Of a stretch of DNA of 30,406 nucleotides, positions 24,201 through 30,406 are shown in pieces. The DNA is from Schizochytrium sp. TIO01 (lineage: Eukaryota; Protista; Bigyra: Labyrinthulomycetes). The translations under genes and the position numbers were made by a program. The stretch lies in contig SMSO01000024.1 in NCBI GenBank assembly GCA_004764695.1, positions 1-30,406 of the forward strand, given 5' to 3'. The notes beneath the pieces are model-generated. The model had not been told where the DNA came from, searched no databases, and saw only the letters and a program-made list of their open reading frames with translations. The stretch's first letter is position 1. Each line of letters begins with the position of its first letter.

Positions 24201-27200
24201 GCCGCAGCCACTGCCTTGGCGCCCTCCGAGCCGATTTTGTTTTTTCGAAGACTGTCGATTTGATTGAATGATGGCAAGCAATACATTACACGTTACATAT
24301 TACAATAGATGCATGCATGCATGCATGGACGTGAGTGATCTAGGTTGGATTTCAGGATTTCATCTTTGTTGTGTTGTCATTTTGCTCTTTGTTCGATGGA
24401 TGCATACTCAAGTCAAACAGACAACTTATCTATCCATCAAACAAACAAGCGATTGCATAAACTTGCAAAACACACCTACCAAAATAACAACCAAGAACTA
24501 ACAAACGAGCCTCATGTACGAACAAGTTCATGAGCTGCGGTGTTGCGAATACAACTTACTTGAGTGATGTCAGCGACCGATTCTCTTTCAGCGTCGCAGC
24601 CACTGCCTTGGCGCCATCGTCGCCGATCTTGTTATCATCAAGACTGTCGATTTGATTGAATGATGGCAAGCAATACATCACATAACACATAACACATAAT
24701 ATTAGACACATGCGTGGACGTGAGAAATCTAGGTTGGCTTTCAAGATTCCATCTTCGTTGTTATGACATTTTTCTCTTCGTTCAATGGGTGCATACTCAG
24801 TCAAACACGCCACTTATTCATCCATCAAACATGCAAATAAGAGATTGCATGGACTTGCAACGTGACACCCTGCAAAGCCCACCGTGCAAAACAACACATC
24901 AACAAAGCAAGCATCATGTACGAGCAAGTCCATGAGCTGCGGTGTTGCGAATACAACTTACGATAGTGATGTCAGCGACCGGTTCTCTTTCAGCGCCGCA
25001 GCCACTGCCTTGGCGCCCTCTGAACCGATCTCGTTGACACCAAGACTGTCGATTTGATTGAATGATGGCAAGCAATATGTTACACATTACATTGCATTAG
25101 ATGCATGCATGCATGCATGGACGTGAGTGATCTAGGTTGGCTTTCAGGACTTTACCTTTGTTGTATTGTCATTTTCCTCTTTGTTCCATGGATGCATACT
25201 CAAGTCAAACAGACAACTTATCTATCCATCAAACAAACAAGCGATTCCATAAACTTGCTAAACAACACCAACCCATCTACCAACCAACAAAGCAAGCATC
25301 ACGTACGAGCAAGTGCATGAGCTGTGGTGTTGCGAATACAACTTACTTGAGTGATGTCAGCGACCGGTTCTCTTTCAGCGCCACAGCCACTGCCTTGGCG
25401 CCCTCTGAGCCGATCTTGTTATAATCAAGACTGTCGATTTGATTGAATGATGGCAAGCAATACATTTCATTAGATTAGATGCACGCATGCATGAATGGAC
25501 GTGAGTGATCTAGATTGGCTTTCAGGATTTCATCTTTGTTGTATTGTCATTTTGCTCTTTGTTCGATGGATGTATACTCGGTCAAACAGACAATTCATCC
25601 GTCCATCAAACAAACAAACAAAGAAGCGAGCGCATAAATTTGCAAAACAACACCGACCAAAAAATCACACCAAACAAGCAAGCATCATGTACAAACAAGT
25701 CCATGAGCTGCGGTATTGCGTAGACAACTTACGATAGTGATGTCAGCGACCGGTTCTCTTTCAGCGCCACAGTCACTGCCTTGGCGCCCTCGTCGCCGAT
25801 CACGTTGCATTCAAGACTGTCGATTTGATTTAAGGATGCCAAGCAATACATTACATGGCATTAGATGTACGCATGCATGCATGGACGTGAGTGATCTGTG
25901 TTGGCTTTTAGGACTTCAACTTCGTTGTGTTGTCATTTTGTTCTTTGTTCGATGGATGCATACTCCGTGAAACAGACAACTTATACACCCATCAAACAAA
26001 CAAGCAATTGCATAAACTCGCAAAACAACACCGATCCACCCACCAATCAACAGAACAAGCATCATGTACAAACAAGTTCATAAGCTGCAGTGTTGCTAAG
26101 ACAACTTACGATAGTGATGTCAGCGACCGGTTCTCTTTCAGCGCCGCAGCCACTGCCTTGGCGCCCTCTGAACCGATCTCGTTGACACCAAGACTGTCGA
26201 TTTGATTGAATGATACATGACACATTACATATTACATGTTACATTAGATACATGCATGGACGTGAGTGATCTAGGCTGGCTTTCAGGATTTCATCTTTGT
26301 TGTATTGTCACTTTCCTCTTTGTTCGATGGATGCATACTCAGTCAAGCAGACAACTTATGCATCCATCAAACAAACAAGCAATTACATAAACTCGCAAAG
26401 CGAGACCGTGCAAAGCAACACACCAACGAAGCAAGCATCATGTACAAGCAAGTCCATAAGTTGCAGTGTTGCAAAGACAACTTACGATAGTGATATCAGC
26501 GACCGGTTCTCTTTCAGCGCCGCAGCCACTGCCTTGGCGCCCTCTGAGCCGATATTGTTTTCTCCAAGACTGTCGATTTGATTGAATGATGGCAAGTAAA
26601 ACATTGCACATTGCATTAGAGGCACGAATGCATGCATGAACGTGAGTGATCTAGGTTGGCTTTCAGGATTTATCTTTGTTGTGTTGTCATTTTGCTGTAC
26701 ATTCGATGGATGCATACTCACTCAAACAGACAACTTATCCATCTATCAAACACACAGCCGATTCCCTAAACAAACAAAAAAGAGATTGCATAGAATTGCA
26801 AAACAACACGGACCCACCCGCCAAACAACAAAGCAAACATCATGTACAAACAAGTCAATGAGCTGCGGTGTTGCGTAGACAACTTACTTGAGTGATGTCA
26901 GCGACTGGTTCTCTTTCAGCACCGCAGCCACTGCCTTGGCGCCCTCTGAGCCGATATAATTGCCCCAAAGACTGTCGATTTGATTGAATGATGGCAAGCA
27001 GTACAATACAGTGCATCCGATGCATGCATGCATGGACGTGAGTGATCTAGGTTGGCTTTCAGGATTTCATCTTTGTTGTGTTGTCATTTTCCTCTTTGCT
27101 CGATGGATGCATACTCAGTCAAACAGACAACTTATCCATCCATCAAACAAACAAGCGATTGCATAAACTTGCAAAACAACACCGACCAAAATAACAACCA

Positions 27201-28398
27201 ACGAAGCAAGCATCATGTACGAACAATTTCATGAGCTGCGGTGTTGCGTGGACAACTTACGATAGTGATATCACCGACTGGTTCTCTTTCAGCGCCGCAG
27301 CCACTGCCTTGGCGCCCTCTGAGCCGATATTGTTGCGCTGAAGACTGTCGATTCGATTGAATGATGGCAAGCAATACAATACAGTGCACCCGATGCACAC
27401 ACGCATGAACGTGAGTGATCTAGGTTGGCTTTCAGGATTTATCTTTGTTGTGTTGTCATTTTGCTCTTTGCTCGATGGATGTATACTCACTCAAACAGAC
27501 AACTTATCCATCCATCCATTCATCAAACAAACAAACAAACAAACACGCGATTGCATAAACTTGCAAAACAACACCGACCCACCCACCGAACAACAAAGCA
27601 AGCATCATGTACAAACAAGTCCACGAGCTGCGGTGTTGCAAAGACAACTTACGATAGTGATGTCAGCGACCGGTTCTCTTTCAGCGCCGCAGCCACTGCC
27701 TTGGCGCCCTCGTCGCCGATATCATTCCAAGAAAGACTGTCGATTTGATTGAATGATGGCAAGTAAAACATTGCACATTGCATGAGAGGCACGCATGCAT
27801 GCATAAATGTGAGTGATCTAGGTTGGCTTTCAGGATTTATCTTTGTTGTGTTGTCATTTTCCTCTTTGTTCGATGGATGCATACTCACTCAAACAGACAA
27901 CTTATCCATCCATCCATCCATCCATCAAACAAACAAACAAACAAGCAAACAAGCGATTGCATAAATTTGCAAAACAACACCGACCCACCCACCAAACAAC
28001 AAAGCAAGCCTCATGTACTTGTTTGTACATGAGCTGCGGTATTGCGTAGACAACTTACTCAAGTGATGTCAGCGACTGGTTCTCTTTCAGCGCCACAGCC
28101 ACTGCCTTGGCGCCCTCGTCGCCGATTTTGTTGCCAGTAAGACTGTCGATTCGATTGAATGATGGCAAGCAATACAATATAGTGCACCCGATGCACACAT
28201 GCATGAACGTGAGTGATCTAGGTTGGCTTTCAGGATTTATCTTTGTTGTGTTGTCATTTTGCTCTTTGCTCGATGGATGTATACTCACTCAAACAGACAA
28301 CTTATCCATCCATCCATCCATCCATCAAACAAACAAACAAACAAACAAACAAGCGATTGCATAAATTTGCAAAACAAGAATGACAAAAGCAACACCGT

Positions 28399-28460
<62 letters not shown>

Positions 28461-28537
28461 GTGTTAACTTACTCTAAAGTTGTAGCGCCATTCTGAAGCT
28501 GTTCAAGAGCAGCGAGAACACGTGGGTGGTCCGACAT
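21243..28537 (-). CDS. Spliced leucine-rich-repeat protein (RI-like/NLRC3-type LRR), 19 exons, about 604 aa, 17 one-LRR-per-exon modules
   Basis: Exon 1 28537-28473 (MSDHPRVLAALEQLQNGATTL+GA). 84-nt exons: 28142-28059, 27736-27653, 27344-27261, 26971-26888, 26569-26486, 26193-26110, 25816-25733, 25430-25347, 25045-24962, 24643-24560, 24251-24168, 23873-23790, 23478-23395, 23106-23023, 22711-22628, 22335-22252, 21938-21855. Last exon 21564-21243 (ISKRLTDEMREEVGLN...GPYIFE*). LRR acceptors are ACAG, donors GTAAGT (one GTGAGT), last acceptor TTTTTAG. All introns phase 2, 288-330 nt. Total 1815 nt = 605 codons with no internal stop. Consensus xLxxNxIGSEGAKAVAAALKENRSLTSL. The C-terminal exon assignment is the least certain part. 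Confidence 0.88.
21800..28400. repeat. Tandem exon+intron array, 17 units of about 372-406 bp
   Basis: Conserved intron blocks GTGAGTGATCTAGGTTGGCTTTCAGGA, GTTCGATGGATGCATACTC, CATCATGTACAAACAAG, with (CAAA)n, (CCAT)n and (ATGC)n micro-repeats. Confidence 0.95.
28400..28460. repeat. (GCAA)n microsatellite in intron 1 of the LRR gene
   Basis: About 15 copies, ending 12 bp from the exon-1 donor. Confidence 0.95.
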
Positions 28538-29006
28538 CGCAGCAAGTAAAGATCTATACCTTTACCAGCGAGCGCGTGCGTGTGCCTTTTCAGCTAAGCT
28601 CGTGGCACAGTCCCAGTCGTTGCAGAAGGTTTCGAACCTGCTGGACGTAAAGCTGCAAGTCGATGACAGAGTTGTGCACTTACTGAGTTACTATGGTTTC
28701 CCCTAAGAAGGAGATGTTTTTTAGTGCTCTCGAAGAGAAAGGATATTTTACTATTACGAACCTAACCTTGCCTACTCAGCCTCGGGTTCTGCATGTGCTG
28801 ACCTCCTTTCTTTCTCGCTCTTTCAAGACTATTACTATTCCCTAAAGCCTACTCCTAGAATAAGTTTTGCAGGGATGCTTGCTGCAGAGGTTCCACTACC
28901 ACTCTCTCCTAATACTATCTATCTTGCACCTAAGTCGTCAAAAAAGTAAGTAAGTGACTATCAAACTAATGATAGGTATAAATCCATCATGCACCCTCTC
29001 TTCAGC

Positions 29007-29124
29007 ACATTCGATCATACCACGCGGGTAACACCTCATCTCATTCGCACTGAGAAGTAAAGTCGCGTAGGGCCGGGTCAGTAGTATGATAGGGGACTGC
29101 ATGCGAAGCCCCGGTGTTGAATGT
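29007..29124 (+). rRNA. 5S rRNA
   Basis: 118 nt; 5' ACATTCGA pairs with 3' TTGAATGT (helix I). Internal CATACC, ATCTCATTCGCAC and TCAGTAGTATGATAGGGGAC match the eukaryotic 5S pattern. Followed by a T run. Confidence 0.92.
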
Positions 29125-29130
29125 TTTTTT
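29124..29130 (+). terminator. RNA polymerase III oligo-T terminator of 5S
   Basis: T7 run at the 5S 3' end, with more T runs at about 29135-29145. Confidence 0.85.
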
Positions 29131-30261
29131 CTCCTTTTATTTTTTATCTAGCACTACAAGAAAGCAACTCCACGGTTTATACCACGTTTTATACCACACT
29201 TCAAGGATTAATTTCATGAAAAATGTACCTGCCTGAAGAGGATTAAAACAACTAGGAGAAAGGCAGTTGGAAATTTTCTCTAGGTAAAGGACTCTCTCAT
29301 CTTTTTGAAACTCCCCCACCACCCTTCTTTCTTTCTGGCATGTTGTTGGTGATTCTCTCGCAGCCGCCAGTAGCTCCGATCTTTGAAAGCGCCTCTCTGC
29401 TTTCCTCATGTTGAAGCCGTGAAGCAAACATCCATCAACTCGACACAGCTTTGAAATCCAAAAATTGTCGACTTGTTCTCCATTCTTTCCCAAGCTTTAG
29501 CCATATCAAGGTAATTTATCCACGGATCGCATCGCAAACATCTTTTGTTATCCGAAACAAAAACCTACTCCTGACAAACAATTATTTTCTTGTACGCTCC
29601 TCGATGATACAGTTGCGAGTCTGTGTCGCTCCAAGACTTCATCAAAGGCAACAAAATGATTTCATGAGTTCCCATCTCTTATCTCAAATAGATCTCAATA
29701 CAAGGATCTTTTCCTGTCTGCTATTCATTACACAATACGCAATCAAAACTCAACATCCTTCTTTTGCTTTACACACCAACTTAATTTATTGTAATTATTT
29801 TTTTTTTAAAGGAAGAAAACAATAGCTTGAAGAGTAGTTCTATGCGTCAACTCTCTTCGTCTGCACGACCACAAAGGGATGGGGTCCTTCCTCGTGTCGC
29901 TTTCTGCCTTGTTTTTGACCTGGTCGAAGCACGAGGCCTCCTCGTCTTTCTTCAAGACCAGACTCCTTTTTTGCGCTCTCAGGATAAATTAGAAACGAGG
30001 TGAAAGTACCTCAAAAAAAAGGGCAAAGGACCTTAACACAGAAATGTAACGAAAGGGAATAACATTCCATCGCAGCCATCCTCGCAAACTCGCAAACTCG
30101 CAACACGAGGCAGCGCGCGGCACGCTATTCACGCCCCCGCGACCTCTCGCGTGCCACACCCTCCAAGCGCCCGTTGCTCACAGTTGAGGCTTGGTCTGCA
30201 GAGGCACTCACTCACTTGCGAGGCATCGCGAGGAGTCCGCCCGTTCCTCCTTCCTTGCTGC

Positions 30262-30262
<1 letters not shown>

Positions 30263-30292
<30 letters not shown>

Positions 30293-30326
30293 AAGAAGAA
30301 GAAGAAGAAGAAGAAGAAGAAGAAGA
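30263..30326. repeat. (GAA)n microsatellite
   Basis: About 21 perfect copies. Confidence 0.97.
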
Positions 30327-30380
30327 GAGAGCAGAAGTCTCCGTTCCTGATCACCAGCGCGAGCGAAGACTTAAACTATT

Positions 30381-30398
30381 CTCTCTCTCTCTCTCTCT
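30381..30398. repeat. (CT)n microsatellite
   Basis: About 9 copies. Confidence 0.9.
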
Positions 30399-30406
30399 TT
30401 CGAGTG

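Noticed and set aside
2766-28142. Diversity-generating retroelement (an RT plus hypervariable codons)
   Set aside because: The RT is a typical copia RT-RNase H in an LTR element 17 kb away; there is no template/variable repeat pair and no evident adenine-only variation.
21800-28400. CRISPR-like array (conserved repeats with short variable segments)
   Set aside because: Eukaryotic locus, 390-bp units, no cas genes; the variable segments are codons inside spliceable LRR exons.
21955-28477. Many short plus-strand ORFs and unspliced minus-strand ORFs in the array
   Set aside because: Antisense or intron read-through products of the repeated exon-intron unit; the spliced minus-strand model explains them.
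28615-28700. tRNA-like element on - (GGTTCGAAACC B-box-like, TAACTCAGT A-box-like) upstream of the LRR ATG
   Set aside because: T-stem has a mismatch and no acceptor or anticodon stem can be formed; at most an isolated B-box.

Overview
Left end of a eukaryotic chromosome. The 18S sequence looks like a thraustochytrid (Aurantiochytrium/Schizochytrium-like; recognised from memory, not searched). Layout from the end: TTAGG telomere (1-420, inner part a TTATG/TTAGG variant); three related families of long subtelomeric tandem repeats (about 370, 533 and 410 bp, roughly 480-11640), interrupted by a recent internally deleted Ty1/copia LTR element and an inverted solo LTR of the same family; one 18S-5.8S-28S rDNA unit transcribed toward the telomere; and a 5S gene at 29007-29124 pointing away from it. 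Main result: the roughly 390-bp tandem 'spacer' between 18S and 5S is an intact 19-exon minus-strand gene (about 604 aa) that the ORF track misses. It has 17 symmetric 84-nt exons, each encoding one 28-aa RI/NLRC3-type leucine-rich repeat. Variation is concentrated at the predicted concave ligand-binding positions, and modules show non-adjacent duplication. This is a candidate subtelomeric, exon-shuffled variable LRR receptor system. The copia family also has an unusual TG...CA-AAA integrated end and a half-tRNAiMet primer site.
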